DNA of 64,000 nt from a virus, in IMG/VR virus record IMGVR_UViG_3300021373_000005; one strand, written 5' to 3'. How positions within the stretch are numbered: position 1 is the first letter of the stretch; each line of letters begins with the position of its first letter. The notes under the pieces were generated by a model. It did not search any database and was not told the DNA's origin. It was given only the letters and a program-made list of their open reading frames with translations. The position numbers were made by a program, and so were the translations under genes. Positions 39,301-52,200 of this stretch are shown here, piece after piece.

Positions 39301-41769
39301 TCTCCACCTTATGATGCTGCTTACGACACAACAGTTAACCCTGCTTCTATTGATATTGATTTAACTACTCCTTTCCAAGAGTTTGTTGATAGTATTCAAT
39401 CGTTCTTACCTATGACTGACACATCGGTGTCAACAGTATTTGAAAGAGACCCAGGTCGACGAGGCCGTCGTGGTGCAGGTACACAAACTCAAACAATCAC
39501 TACAAGAACAAGTGAAATTGTAATTGATAACAGTACAACAACAGAACAGTTTGTTGGAGAATTTGTTTCTGACTTTAGATTCCAACCGTTTATGGCGGCA
39601 AGAGATATTAAAGTGTATATGTCAGGATTAAGACCTAACCAAAGACATTACTTCTTCTTTGATGGAATTGATGTAAATGCTCATGTTATGCCAGGTTCAG
39701 TTACTGCTGATTCTGTAGGAGATGTTCAAAGATTTGGTGAAAAAGGTGCCGCAGTATCAACAGATGCAAATGGTGTATTAAGAGCGGTCTTTGCTTTACC
39801 ACCTGAAACATTCTATGTAGGTGATAGAGTATTAGAAATTGTCGACGTGAATCAATATGAAAGCATTGATTCTGGTTCAACCTCAAAAGGATTCGTTACC
39901 TACCGTGCATACAACTTCAGTGTTGAAAAGACAAGTTTAACAACATCTACAAGAGCACCAAACTTTGATGTAAATACAACAACGTCAGTACGAAATGTTG
40001 CTCGACGTATTCGAGGTCGTGATCCACTTGCACAAACATTCTTTGTTAAGAAAGGTATGGGACAAGGTTCAAATTCAGTTTACTTATCTGATGTTGATAT
40101 TTACTTTAAACGTAAGCCTTCTCAAACTGCAGCAGGTTCAAACGCAAATGCTGCATTGAATGGTGTTAGTGTTCAAATCCGAGAAGTAGTAAACGGTTAT
40201 CCAACAAATCAAATTTTACCTTTCGCAAATGTTCATAAGTTACCTGCTTCGGTATTTACTTCTGAAGATGCTTCGGTAGCAACCAAGTTTACATTTGATG
40301 CACCAGTTAGATTAGATATTGAAAAAGAATACGCAATTGTGATTCAGCCTGATGCATCAGATCCAAATTACTTAGTATATACTTCTAAGGTTGGTGGTAC
40401 TGATTTAACTCCAGGTGATACACAAGGTTCTGCGATTGTTCAGGATTGGGGTGACGGTGTTCTATTTACTTCAACAAATAACTCTGCTTGGAAATCTTAT
40501 CAAGATGAAGATATTAAGTTTACTGTAAATAGACATAACTTTAATTCTTCGGCAGGTACTGTAAAATTAACAAATAACAAAAACGAATTCTTTACAGTAA
40601 ATAATATCACCGGAAGATTTACGGCAGGTGAAACAATTTATCAAGCAAAAGGAACAAGTGCAACAGTTGGATTAACAAATAATAGTAAAACAGTTACAGG
40701 TACTGCCTTATCAAGTGTATACAATGAAGGTGACTTCATGATGATTGAAGGTGGTAATCCAGTTGTGAAAGGATTATATAAAGTTGTCACAATTGTTAAT
40801 GCTGATACATTAACTCTTGATAGACCTTGGCCAATTACAACAGGTTCAGCAAATGCAACTCCTGTCGTAACTGGTGATTTGTGTTTCTATGATTTACGAA
40901 ATCCTTTTGAAATGCATTTAGAAAATTCATCTATAAGTTCAGCAAGAGTATTTACGTTAAGTAATCCTTCTGATAATACTACAGCAATTTATGGTATTGA
41001 TAGTGGTTCATCTGCGGACATTGCATCAATTGATAATATCAACTTAAGTTATATTCAACCAATGATTATGAAAGCATCCGATGATGTTTCAAAGACTACA
41101 TTAAGCGGTGAGTTTGTATCTCCTTCTAATGTAAATACATCATACACAATGCCGATGAAGTTTAATGATAATAATTACTTCAGTAAAAATGGTGTTGTAA
41201 TATACAGTATGTCTAATGATCCTTCAAGAACAAAAGTATTTAATATAAATGTCGGTCTTGAAAATGGAAGTAATGTAACTTCTACACCTTTTGTTGATAT
41301 TGAAGCATCTAAGTTAATTGCATATCAACACAAGATTACTAACAGTGCTGATACAACGGCAAAATATATTAGTAAGACGATTGAGTTATCTGAAGATCTT
41401 GATGCTGAAGATTTCAATTTAATTCTTACAGCTTATCGACCAACAGGAACAGATATTAAAGTTTATATTAAAGCTCAGAATGCTTATGATAATGATGAGT
41501 TTGATAATTTAGCTTGGACTGAATTAGAATTATTTGAAGGAGTAGGTACTTATTCAACAATTACAAACTTACAAGATTACAGAGAACTTAAATTTAGAAT
41601 TAATAAAACAAATAAAACTGGAGGCCTTGCTGCTAATCCGTTTACTTATACTTCACAGGGTGGTGTATTTGAAGGATTTAAGAGATTCCAAATTCGTATA
41701 GATTTATTATCTCCTAACATTCATAATGCCCCAACATTAAAGGACTATCGCGGAATTGCGTTGACATAA
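36325..41769 (+). CDS. large virion structural protein (DUF4815/VrlC-like)
   Basis: NLN.APYFDDYD..K.FYRV.FKPG.A.QARELTQLQ, APGADRLK, RFKNGF.VD.F, DPLAQTF. Confidence 0.85.
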   Translation: MPINKNLNIAPYFDDYDVEKQFYRVMFKPGYAIQARELTQLQTILQGQVEAFGDNIFKEGSVVKGCNFTELDDLQFVKVNDGPSGFNAEAYISGPVVESIQGQDVELDYVYEVVGQTTGLRAEIVQASVGFQTRPPDLNTFYINYLNTTSLATQFQAGENLVINRHKYLRGTTTGTLTSEAVITSGLAVSAGISTPHVGKSFGIESAPGIIFQKGNFIFVSEQRIVVEKYNNLPDGKSVGYQVDESLVNALQDASLYDNANGSRNENAPGADRLKLVPRLVVVETATKTSDFFTLVRYQNGNAITVRDVSQYNVLGEELARRTYEESGNYVLEQFPLSTDDRIPAGEANTQVQVVIGPGTAYVKGYRVENSADRAFTVDQITGTEEITNQNVSMEYGNYFEVTGGDGGSGWNGRLDIDISDPPATAQTSAAATVGSITIHNITPTRVYAHSSAYTGAVAITDMDRINDGNGYVQLQPTSSGAPLIKETNKKALVFDTGVNGLFGTNNTLVPVRAQVAATHTNGTITLTANPGEDFNCLNDDMLVVDSTSVQQPITSYSTSLNNSQLDIQISSGSATNVTVYYNKRLIGSSDGIDPYNKVVRSPYIKFNYAGGTTKYSLGFPDVFDIISIVDSSGEDYSNSFRLKPNQKDTYYDISYLEYIEGRPEPTGQMTVQLKVFEVNTSTGEYFFTINSYPNSLEGWEIPSYVSSSGTVYNLRDCFDFRAYNAKDTNADYNNTSAGSAPVITATVGTYGIDFSTYGAPLIPAAQQSLQTDLEYYLTRIDTLACDSYGNISLIKGEEDRNAVPPRLGTDKLAIAHVEIPTYPALSKKQAEVLRKSDYAIRPRATGIKAYTMKDMHNLEKKIDNMAYYISLNQLESETSNLVIRDEQGLNRFKNGFIVDPFNDLTLSEITHPQFNAAVPFNQKILTPSLKTFALDLVYDSSTGSSIFPNSDEGQVATVGRNSNVSIISQPYASNFRNCVSNFYKYVGDGIISPPYDAAYDTTVNPASIDIDLTTPFQEFVDSIQSFLPMTDTSVSTVFERDPGRRGRRGAGTQTQTITTRTSEIVIDNSTTTEQFVGEFVSDFRFQPFMAARDIKVYMSGLRPNQRHYFFFDGIDVNAHVMPGSVTADSVGDVQRFGEKGAAVSTDANGVLRAVFALPPETFYVGDRVLEIVDVNQYESIDSGSTSKGFVTYRAYNFSVEKTSLTTSTRAPNFDVNTTTSVRNVARRIRGRDPLAQTFFVKKGMGQGSNSVYLSDVDIYFKRKPSQTAAGSNANAALNGVSVQIREVVNGYPTNQILPFANVHKLPASVFTSEDASVATKFTFDAPVRLDIEKEYAIVIQPDASDPNYLVYTSKVGGTDLTPGDTQGSAIVQDWGDGVLFTSTNNSAWKSYQDEDIKFTVNRHNFNSSAGTVKLTNNKNEFFTVNNITGRFTAGETIYQAKGTSATVGLTNNSKTVTGTALSSVYNEGDFMMIEGGNPVVKGLYKVVTIVNADTLTLDRPWPITTGSANATPVVTGDLCFYDLRNPFEMHLENSSISSARVFTLSNPSDNTTAIYGIDSGSSADIASIDNINLSYIQPMIMKASDDVSKTTLSGEFVSPSNVNTSYTMPMKFNDNNYFSKNGVVIYSMSNDPSRTKVFNINVGLENGSNVTSTPFVDIEASKLIAYQHKITNSADTTAKYISKTIELSEDLDAEDFNLILTAYRPTGTDIKVYIKAQNAYDNDEFDNLAWTELELFEGVGTYSTITNLQDYRELKFRINKTNKTGGLAANPFTYTSQGGVFEGFKRFQIRIDLLSPNIHNAPTLKDYRGIALT

Positions 41770-41770
41770 T

Positions 41771-41953
41771 ATGGATAATTTAAATAGAGATAAGACTGGT
41801 GCTGTATTAAATACCGACGCAGCTGCGCTGAATAAATATAAGGTAGAAAGGAATTTGTATCGTAAAGTCGATAGAATTCAACAGGACTTATGCGATATTA
41901 AAAAAAGCATAGTTGATATTTACGAAAGAATAGAAAAACTGGAAGAAAGATAA
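41771..41953 (+). CDS. small coiled-coil protein
   Basis: RD.TGAVLNTD...L..YK..R; coupled to its neighbours. Confidence 0.65.
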   Translation: MDNLNRDKTGAVLNTDAAALNKYKVERNLYRKVDRIQQDLCDIKKSIVDIYERIEKLEER

Positions 41954-41954
41954 G

Positions 41955-43202
41955 ATGGCTCGTAATATAGGCACAATTAATACAACACAAACCTTTCAGA
42001 ATTGGTTTGATAAGACCAATGATCTTGTTGAAGAATTACGAGATAACATTATTACGGCCTCTTCAGGTGGAGATACCACAACAGGGGATGCAACTTTAGT
42101 CGGTGATTTTACATCTACTAATTTAATCGCAAGTACTTTACTATCATCCGACCAAATAAGTTCTTCTTCGGGTGGTGTAATTAATTTCCAAGATCCAATA
42201 CAAATTACAGGTACATCTGCTACAACTGCTACTTTCCTTTTCGCAGGAACCGGTGGTCAGACAAGATATACAGACGGAAGTTTATCTTGGGACGTTGGAT
42301 TAGAAAGTTCAAATCCTGGTCATTTTATTATTGATACTGGAACAGGTCAAAATAAATTACAATTATCAGTCGCAGGTACATTAACCGTTCCTGATGCAGT
42401 CGTAACTGGTTCTTTAACTGTAGGAAGCTTGTCAATTGGTGCAGGTGGTGCCGGTTTAAATACAGATGATATTACTGAAGGTTCAACTAACTTATACTTT
42501 ACAAATGCAAGAGCAAGAGGTGCTTTCTCAGGCGGAGACGGTATTGCCATTTCTTCAGGTGGAGTAATATCATTTGATGGTGAAGGTAAATTAACCACTT
42601 ATGAAGGTAATGAATTTAGATTAGCAGGTTCTGTTGATGTAGGAAACAGTTTAAAATCTTATTTAACAGGTGCTCTAGCATTTGGTGTACCGCAAGGACA
42701 ATTAAAATCTGATTGGGCAGGTAATACTTATGAAGTGTTAACATGGTTCCCAGCCGGAGTTTCAGTTAATGGTTATGGTTATTTCACAGATGATATACGA
42801 ACAAACGGCGGAGACATTGTTGTTAAGACAGGTTCAACTATCAAAGCGTTTATGGACCAAGACGGCAATGGTTACTTTACAGGTGATGTAACGACAAACG
42901 GAAGCGCATCAGACGAAAGATTAAAAGAAAATATAATTCCTCTCGAGAAGGGATTAGAAACAGTAGAACAAATAAAAACTTATAAGTTTAATTATAAAGA
43001 CAGACCTGAGGATACACTACCAGGTGTTATTGCTCAGGAGATTGAAAAATTAATACCAGAAGTAGTTTATGATATTGAAATGGAAGATGATACTTACAAA
43101 GCTGTAAGATATCAACAAATTGTGCCAGTACTAATTAACGCAATTAAAGATTTGAGTTTGAAGGTAAAAGATTTAGAAAACCGTCTAAATAACGACGAGT
43201 AA
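41955..43202 (+). CDS. tail fibre protein with a C-terminal S74 intramolecular chaperone
   Basis: TF..W..KTN N-terminus; SDERLKENI...GVIAQE....IPE.V. Confidence 0.85.
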   Translation: MARNIGTINTTQTFQNWFDKTNDLVEELRDNIITASSGGDTTTGDATLVGDFTSTNLIASTLLSSDQISSSSGGVINFQDPIQITGTSATTATFLFAGTGGQTRYTDGSLSWDVGLESSNPGHFIIDTGTGQNKLQLSVAGTLTVPDAVVTGSLTVGSLSIGAGGAGLNTDDITEGSTNLYFTNARARGAFSGGDGIAISSGGVISFDGEGKLTTYEGNEFRLAGSVDVGNSLKSYLTGALAFGVPQGQLKSDWAGNTYEVLTWFPAGVSVNGYGYFTDDIRTNGGDIVVKTGSTIKAFMDQDGNGYFTGDVTTNGSASDERLKENIIPLEKGLETVEQIKTYKFNYKDRPEDTLPGVIAQEIEKLIPEVVYDIEMEDDTYKAVRYQQIVPVLINAIKDLSLKVKDLENRLNNDE

Positions 43203-43216
43203 TTGAAGATTGGTCT

Positions 43217-43224
43217 TATAAATA
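43217..43224 (+). promoter_or_regulatory. T4 late promoter
   Basis: TATAAATA 29 nt before ATG 43253. Confidence 0.8.
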
Positions 43225-43252
43225 ATAGGTAATACCAAAAGGGAAAGCATAA

Positions 43253-46200
43253 ATGGCAAAAATTTCAGAATTACCTCCGATTACCGGTGCCAATACCAGG
43301 CCTGAAGACCTGTTCGTAATCGTCAACCTTGTTCAAGGAGACGACGGCACAAGTAATATTACTAGGAAGGAATTAGTTGAAGCAATTCAATACGAAATCT
43401 TTTCTAGAATAAACATCACTGGTGGAACAATCTCCGGTGTGGTTATGTCTGACTCACGATTAAATAACGTTGAGATAGATAATTCTGAAATTGAAGATAC
43501 CGATTTTATTCGCGGTTCAATTGATGATACCGTAATCACAAACAGTACTGCCAATAATATTACAATGACTTATAGTAGTTTCCAATTTGGAACACTGCTT
43601 GATTCTTCTGCTAACAATTTAACAATTACTTCATCTGACTTTTCACAAGGCACAGGTAATAATAACGTACTCACAAATACTACACTACTTGATGGTAGTG
43701 CTAATAATTTTGTTATTACAGACTCAACTGCCAACAACATTATCATTACGAATTCAGAACTTAATGACAGTACAGCAAATAATGTTGCGATTACAGATTC
43801 AACAGTAAATAACACAATCATAACAAGTTCTGAGTTTAATGACGGAACTGCTAACAACGTAGCAATTACTCAATCTGATTTTTCTGACGGAACAATTAAT
43901 CAATCAGTTATTGAAACTTCCGAGTTTAATAATGGTACGATGGAGACAGTTACTGGTATTAATTTAGATATCAGCAACTCTGCATATGCTAACGGAACTG
44001 TTTCTGATTCTATATTAACAGATAATACTATCCTTAACGGTACAGCAAATAATATTGCGATTACAGATTCAACCGCTAATAATACTATTATAACAAATTC
44101 TGAATTTAATGATGGCACAGGCAACAATGTCACATTAACTAATTCAACAATTGATGATTCACTATTCAGTGATGGTACTATTTCTAATACCTCATTCACA
44201 GGTACAATGGATAGTGTTGTCGCAACCAACATACAAATCAGAAGTTCAACTGCTGATGGTTTAGGTGCAAACAATTCAACGTTTGAAAATGGTGGAATAT
44301 CAGGTTCAACCTTTGACGGTGGCGTAATTAATAAATCCAATCTTGTCGACTTCGACATGGATATTAATACAGAATTTGAAGCACCAATGGATGATGAATC
44401 CTATTTTGCTATTCGTAACGAAAAGACAGGTGATACAGAACAAATTAACTTCGGTCAATTATTCGACGAAGTATCTAAGAAAACAGCACAGGCATTAAAG
44501 GTACACGTTGACGCAGGATCTGGTGATGATAAGAACCCAGGTACTCAATTACAACCTGTTAGAACATTAGAAAAAGCATTTGAACTTTGTTTAGAAAAAG
44601 CAGGTGGCGAATTAAATCGTAACGCAATTAATAACTCTGTTCATATTTCAGTTGGGCCAGGAACATATTATACAAAAGGTAATCTGCAGTTACCTGATGA
44701 CTGTTCAATTACTTCCACATCAGGACAGTATGCGACAGTCATCGAATTAGAAAAAGGTTATGAAAATAATAATGGTATTCTTGTAGGTTCTGGTTGTTAT
44801 GCTCAAGGATTTGCATATCAGAATTTCCAAGTTGATAACTTTGATTTCCCAGAAGGCGGATTCGCGGTTGCGTATCGTCCTGGTGCTAAGTTATTGCGTT
44901 CACCGTACTTAAGAGATAGTTCACAGTTATCAAACTTCTTACGTGCTGATGTTGAACCACCTTTGAATCCTTACAACTCAAAAGGTACTCTTGCTGACTT
45001 AGGTAGAGAATTTACATTAAGTAATATTTCAGATCCTACCAAGTTTGCGATTGATGATGAAATAGAATTCTCATCAGGTGCAATCGGTTATGTATCTTAT
45101 ATTTCTGAAATTGCTTCAGATAGTAAAATACACGTTAGAAATTTAAAGAACAATCAAGGATTCGCTGTAGGAGATACAATTACTGCTGAATCTGGTGGTA
45201 CTGCTGTTATTCAAGAAATCGGAATTGACGACTTCCCTAACAGAGAGGTTGGTCGAGGCGGTGGTTGTGTACTTGCAGATAGAAGAGTACTTGATACCGA
45301 TTCATTATATACATATGTATTATGTTTTGGTTTCACACCTCGTTCACAAAACGGTATCGGTTATGTAGCAAGAGACGGTGCTGGTGTTAACGGTATTGGT
45401 TCATTGTCCATCTTTGTTCGTTGCGCATTCTATGCTCTGAATGGTGGTCAGATGACGCTGAACAACTCAGGTACTCAGTTCGGTGATATCTCAATGAGGG
45501 CAAAAGGTACTACTGAGTTCTTTGCTCCAAAATCAACAACAGCAACAATTATTGGTAATACTGCATTCGCTGATACGGTTGATAATGCTGCTGATGATAT
45601 CATTGATGATGTTGTTGAGTATTTAACTGCCAATACAGCAAATGGTGGATTAGGTTATCAAGCATACGATTCAGAAAAATGTTTAAGAGATTCAGGTATC
45701 GTACTTGATGGTACAGGATATGACGTTGCTCTTGATACGAACTATTGGGGAAGACTTGGTGGAATTACATATAGGTCTCCTATCAGTTATGTTGTACCAG
45801 GTGAACAGCTTGAAGAAACAAAAGGTGCATTAGAATACCTAAGAGATAGAACAAAAGAAATCTTTGTAACGGGTAATTCTGAAGTTAACGAACGTGTTGA
45901 AGCATCCTTTGGGGAACTTTTAAATGTCCTTGAATACGGTGAAGAAAATATCAACCCGATTATATGGCAAGATACTTCAGTACCTCGAACAGCTGCCAGA
46001 AACCTCATACAAGACAACCGAGAGTTTATTACTGGAGAGTTAATTGATTGGATAGAAAACAACGATGAATTCTATGCTTACGATAGTAAAGCTTGTCGAC
46101 GTGATGTATCTGACTATATTCTACCTGCTGTTAAAAACGATATGCAATTTGACACAAACTATAATGCTGTCACTGCAGGTCGTGCTTATTACATGGCTGC

Positions 46201-49200
46201 AGCTAAAACTGTTATTGAAAATCAGAATAACGAAACAGTTGAAGCATATCGCAGATTAAAGGACCAAACAAACGAATTACTTGATGGAGATTCATATACT
46301 GCTTCTGCGAAAACCGATGCAGCCTTTGATGAAATCTTATCTATCCTTGAAAATAAAGGAAAACAGTTTACACCTACTGCCGCTACTTATGACCCAGAAA
46401 CTGGGAAATCAGTTATCACACTCGGCACAGGCCACGGATTAACAGTTGGAAGATATGTACTTCTAAAAACTGGTGGACTCATATTTACTTGTGACCGAGA
46501 TAATCATACAACAAGAACAGGATATCCTCGAGCTTCTGACCCAGCTGCAGGTACTCCGGTTGAAATTATTGGTGCAAACGAAACCAAGATTACAGTTAAT
46601 GTTGGTAAGTCAGCAATTGTTGATGTACACAAATTTGTTGAAGCATTACCTAATTCTGTATCAGTTCTTGGTTCAGCAATTGCATGGAGTGATTCATCGT
46701 CTATTCCTGCTGATAAGAGAAACGCAAGAAAACAACTCGAAGCAAACAGAGAATTCTTACAAGACTTAGTATTAGGATATATTGATAATAACTATTTCAG
46801 ATATGATTCTAACAAGTGCCGTAGAGATATTCAAGATTATATTTTACCTGCGGTTGAAAGAGACATCCTAACAGGTTCAAACTATAATGCATATCAGACA
46901 GGTATTGCTTATCGTTCAGGTACTACTCTTGCGGACAATGTAATTAACGAACAGTTGGTAGAAACAACTGGAGCAATTAACGAATTAAAAACAAGAGTAA
47001 ATACTGATGAGATTGGTTCTCAATTTACTCCGACCAATGCTACTTACGACCCAGTAACTGGAAGATTTGAGGCAACTATTGGTATACATAGTTTACAACC
47101 AGGTGATTATGTAAGGTTCCTTGAAGATGGTATTACATTTAGTTGTGATACAGGAAGCGGACCTACAAACGATGCAGTTCCAAATCCAGGACATCCTTTC
47201 TATAATCATCCTTGCCCTGTTCACTCAGTTACACCTACAACTATTGTATGTTATGTAGGAACAGGCGGTACTAACGATCATACATTTGTATCAGCCCTAA
47301 CAAATGCAATTAGTCATGTGATTGGTATTTCTGATAAGGCATCAGAACATCGTTCAGATGAAGCATTTGATAAAATCATTGGTATTTTAAATAGTGCAAA
47401 TAAAACATACGATACATCTTCTGCTAATTATGACCCAGTGACAGGATTAACTGAAATTACAATCGGTGCTCACGATTTACAAGTCGGTGACGAAGTAATG
47501 ATTGCAGCTGACAGTATGACATTTACTTGTGCAACTGATGGTAATGCAACACAACATACTTACCCAACGACAACAATTACAAGCTTTACTCCAAGTACTG
47601 CTACTTATGTACCTGAAACTGGAGAATTTACTGCTAACATCGGACCTCATAAATTAAAAGTTGGAGATGAAATTGAATTTGCTCCAAGAGGTATTACATT
47701 TACTTGTGAACTTGATGGTAATGTTACTGAACATTCTGCTCCTGAACCACATCATCCTTTCTGGGACAAGAAAGTTAAATTAACTTCAGTTGAAGGAAAT
47801 GTAATTGGATGTAATGTTGGTGCAGTTGCTAACGGCGGTGGAGTACATACATTTGTATCTGCTATCACAAACGCAATCAAAGGTGAAAGACAACATCCTG
47901 CTTATAAGAAACCAGTTGTGGTCGCAGCAACAACAGCAACAACATTTACTGTTAATGTAGGTACCTCAACTGATACTTCTGTTCATACATTCGTATCTGC
48001 TACAGCAGGAAATATTAAAACTGCTAAACATATTTCAACATATACACCTTATGACGCAACATACGATCCTGCGACTGGAGTCTTTGTTGCTTCAATTGGA
48101 AAACACAATTTAGAAGCTGGTGATTATGTAATGATTAAACCTAATTCGGTTATCTTTACATGCGACTTGGACGGTAATGTTACTGAACATGCTGCTCCTC
48201 AATCACACCATCCTGCATACAGAACACCTGTTAAATTGGATTCAGTAACTACTGATACAATTACAATGAACATTGGAACAGGTACTGGAGGTGCTCATAC
48301 ATTTGTTAGAGCAACACAAGGTGCAATTGATTCTGATGCGTTAGTATTTACTGACCCAGCATCTTATGTATCTCATTATACTCCAACAACTGCTACATAC
48401 GATCCTGTCACAGGAATCAGTGTAATTACAATCCCAGGTCATGATTTAACAACAAATGATTATATTGAGTTTGCTCCATATTCATTTACTTATACTTGTG
48501 CTCAAGATAGTAACGCAACTGAACATTCATATCCAAGAAAAGGTGATAGTAATTACAGAACTCCAATGGCAATCACAAATGTTGCTGGTGATGATATTAC
48601 TGTTCAACTTGCTGCATCTTCAGGTGGAGCTCATACATTTGTATCAGTAATTAAGGATGCGGTATCTAAAGTTACTTACAATTCTCAAGGTCAATACGCA
48701 AGAGAACAATTACAGAAAAACAAAGAATTCTTGGCTAAGGAAGTTTCATCTTACTTAGAATCAAATTACTTTGTATTTGACGGAAACAAATGTTCAAGAG
48801 ATACAGGATATATTCTTGATGCCGTAAGACGTGATGTTGCTACAGGTTCTAATTATCATACTGTATTTACAGGACTAGGTTATCAAATAGGAACAAAAGG
48901 TTCTAACGAAGTTATAACAGAACAGTTAACTGAAACAGTTGCTGCTATCAATTATATGAAAGCAAAAGTTGCTGCTGATGTGAATGTCACAGGAACTGCA
49001 TTAACAAGAGCTAACGCTGCGTTTGATGAAATTATTGATATTATGCAAAATGGTTCAGGTAATGCTAATGTTCTAGGTTATGGTTCTGCTGCAGCCGTTC
49101 CTAATGGAGTTGATGCAACTGACGCTTTAATTACAAACAGAACATTCTTACAAAAAGAAGTTACAGCTTACATTGCTCAAAACTTCCCAACAGTATCATA

Positions 49201-52200
49201 CAATGTTGCTAAATGTGAAAGAGATACTGGTTATCTTGTAGATGCAATTGTATGGGATGTAAGATTTGGTTCTAATGCAGCTGCGATTAACTTCGCAAGA
49301 TTATATTACGAAAATGCAATCAGTGTATTACCTGAAGACCAAAAATTACCTACTGCTAAAACATGGGAACACCTCGCAGAAGTTTGTTATAAAATAGCAA
49401 GGCAAGAAACTGTAACTCCAACAACAGGAAACGGTGAAGTATTTACTGCTATCGCAAGTGATGCAGGAATTGAAATTGCGAATGCAATACGCAACGGTGT
49501 TAATGTCACAACGCAAATTATTAGAGATGATGATTTAAAATCATTACCTACATTGAACGAAGGTGAAGTTGAAACCGCAATGATTGCTGCAGTAAATGCA
49601 ATTGATGGTTTAACAGAAAATCTTCAAGAAAGTGTTATTAAATATCTTAAAGATGAACATAACGGATTACCATTCAGTAAAGCAGTTTGTGAAAGAGATG
49701 TTGGTATTATCATCGATGCAGTATCAAGAGATATTGAATACGGCGGTAATGAAAATACAGTTGAAGTATTTGAGTATTACTTCAAGAGATTCAATACAAC
49801 ATCGGCTGATTACGAACAACTACGTTCAACCAATGTTCTTCCAATCGAAGTCAAAGGTCAATTTAAAACATTATCCGATTACGAAGATACAGCAAATGTT
49901 TCAGGTTTAAGAGAAGCAATTAACGTATTACCTTACGAACAGCGTGAACCAACAAGAGAAGCATTTAATCATCTTGCTGATATGGCAGAAAAGATTGTTA
50001 AAGAAGTTGCTCATACTTCAACATATACAAGTTATACACCAACTAATGCTACTTATGACCCGGCAACTGGAGTCTTCGTGGCAACTATCGGTGCTCACAA
50101 TTTTGTAAAAGGTGATACGATATATCTGAAACCAAACGGAATTACATTTAGTTGTAATATGGGAAGTGGTGCTGCCAACCATACTTCACCACAACCACAT
50201 CATCCTTATTATCAGAAAGCAATAACACTTACTGATACTGATGCGACAACAATTACAATGAATGTAGGAACAGGTGGTTCTGGTCAATATCCTCATACAT
50301 TTGTATCTGCTCTTGCGGATTCAATTAGTGAAGGTCCATATCAGGATGTTGATGGAACTGCGGCCGATGCAACAACAGGTACTGCGGTACATGATTTAAT
50401 TGCGACTGTTGCTAACCTGATTGACGATACAAATATTGAAGATGATGAAATGCCTGTAATTACAAAGGCAAGCTTTGACCCTAACAGAACATTAGCAAGA
50501 AAACAATTACAAAGAAACAGAGACTTTATTATCGAAGAAGTCCAAGGTTATCTCAAAGATCGTTACTATGTATTTGACGGTGATAAGTGTAAAAGAGATA
50601 TCGGATTCCTTCTTGATGCTGTAGCAGTTGATGTATTGACTGGTTCAAACTATAATGCAGTATTTAACGGTGTTGCATATAGAATAGGAACAGTTGGTGC
50701 TGATGCGGTAATTAACGAACAGTTAACTGAAACAGTATCAGCAATTAAATATGCTCAAGGTTTAGCAGTTGCTGCTGTCACTGACAGCACAATGAAAACA
50801 AAAGTAAATGAAGCATTTGCTGAAATCATTGATGTTATGACAAATGGTAGAGCAGCCGCTGATACAATTGACTATACAAGTGTTGCACCAAGCTTTAACC
50901 GACTTAATGCAAGGTCTCAGTTACAAAATAACAGAACATTCCTTATTGCTGAAATGACAGCATGGCTTGCAGCAAATCGTCCATCATTAACTTATGATGT
51001 TGCTAAATGTGAAAGAGATACAGGATACTTAATTGATGCTGTTTCTCATGATGCTCAGTTCGGTGGAAACTTTGCTACTCTCAATGATGCAAAACTATAC
51101 TTTGAGAATGCGGTCATTCAATTACCTGAAGAACAAAGACAACCTACAGCAGATGCATTTAAACATTTAGGTGATTGTGCTGAGTTAATTTGTTTAGACC
51201 AAGACATCGGTGGATTAAAATCTGCAGGTAACGGTGAAACACAAGATAGGACAGCAGGTGGTGCAGGAGCAGGTATATCGGCTTCAATAGAAGGATTATT
51301 TGATATCGTAGCAGGTTCAATTGAGAACAATACTACTTTACTTAATCCTGCTCAAGAGTTACCTGATGCAACTTCATTTAACGCTGTAAATTCAACAGCG
51401 TTTGCTCAAGTACAAGGTGTTATCCCAACAGTTCAATCTGGTGTTCTAGGACATCTTGCTACATACTTTGAGATACTTCCATATAGTGAAACAAAATGTC
51501 GAAGAGATACAGGTTATATCATCGATGCAGTTGCACACGATATTCAATATGGTGGAAACGCAGCAACAGTTCAAACTGCAGGAATGTATTTTGAGAATGC
51601 TGTTAACACTGGATTACAAATTGAACAAAGAATGGGAACAAGAGATGCATTCTTACACATGGCAAAAATCATTGAACATGTCGTAGGTGCTAAATCTATT
51701 ACAACAACTTTATTCCCAAGAGTTAAGAAATATTACACAGGTGATATTTTAACTCAATACGATTATTGGAACGGAATACATTCTTATCAATCAGTTGAAG
51801 CTCAAGATATGGCAGTACATGGTGCAAACCCTGATACTTCTATCGCAGCAAGAAAACTTGTTGAAATTATTGCGAATGCGGTTGATGATAATGTTGAAGT
51901 TAGAAATACAATCCCAGATCGCATTGATGTTGACCAAACTTGGATGGGTGCTAACTATATTACTTCTAAGGAATTAGTTGAAAGTCAATCAGATGTATAT
52001 TCTGAAGCAGTTATTAGTTATCTTACAACAACACATAACGGTTTAAGTTTCAGAGATGCAAAATGTAGAAGAGATATCGGATACTTAATTGATTCCGCTA
52101 TGCACGATGTTCAACATGACACAAACTTTGCTATGCGTCAATCAGCAGGAATTTACTTCGAGAATGGAGTATCAGTACTTCCTGTAGATGCAAGAATAGC

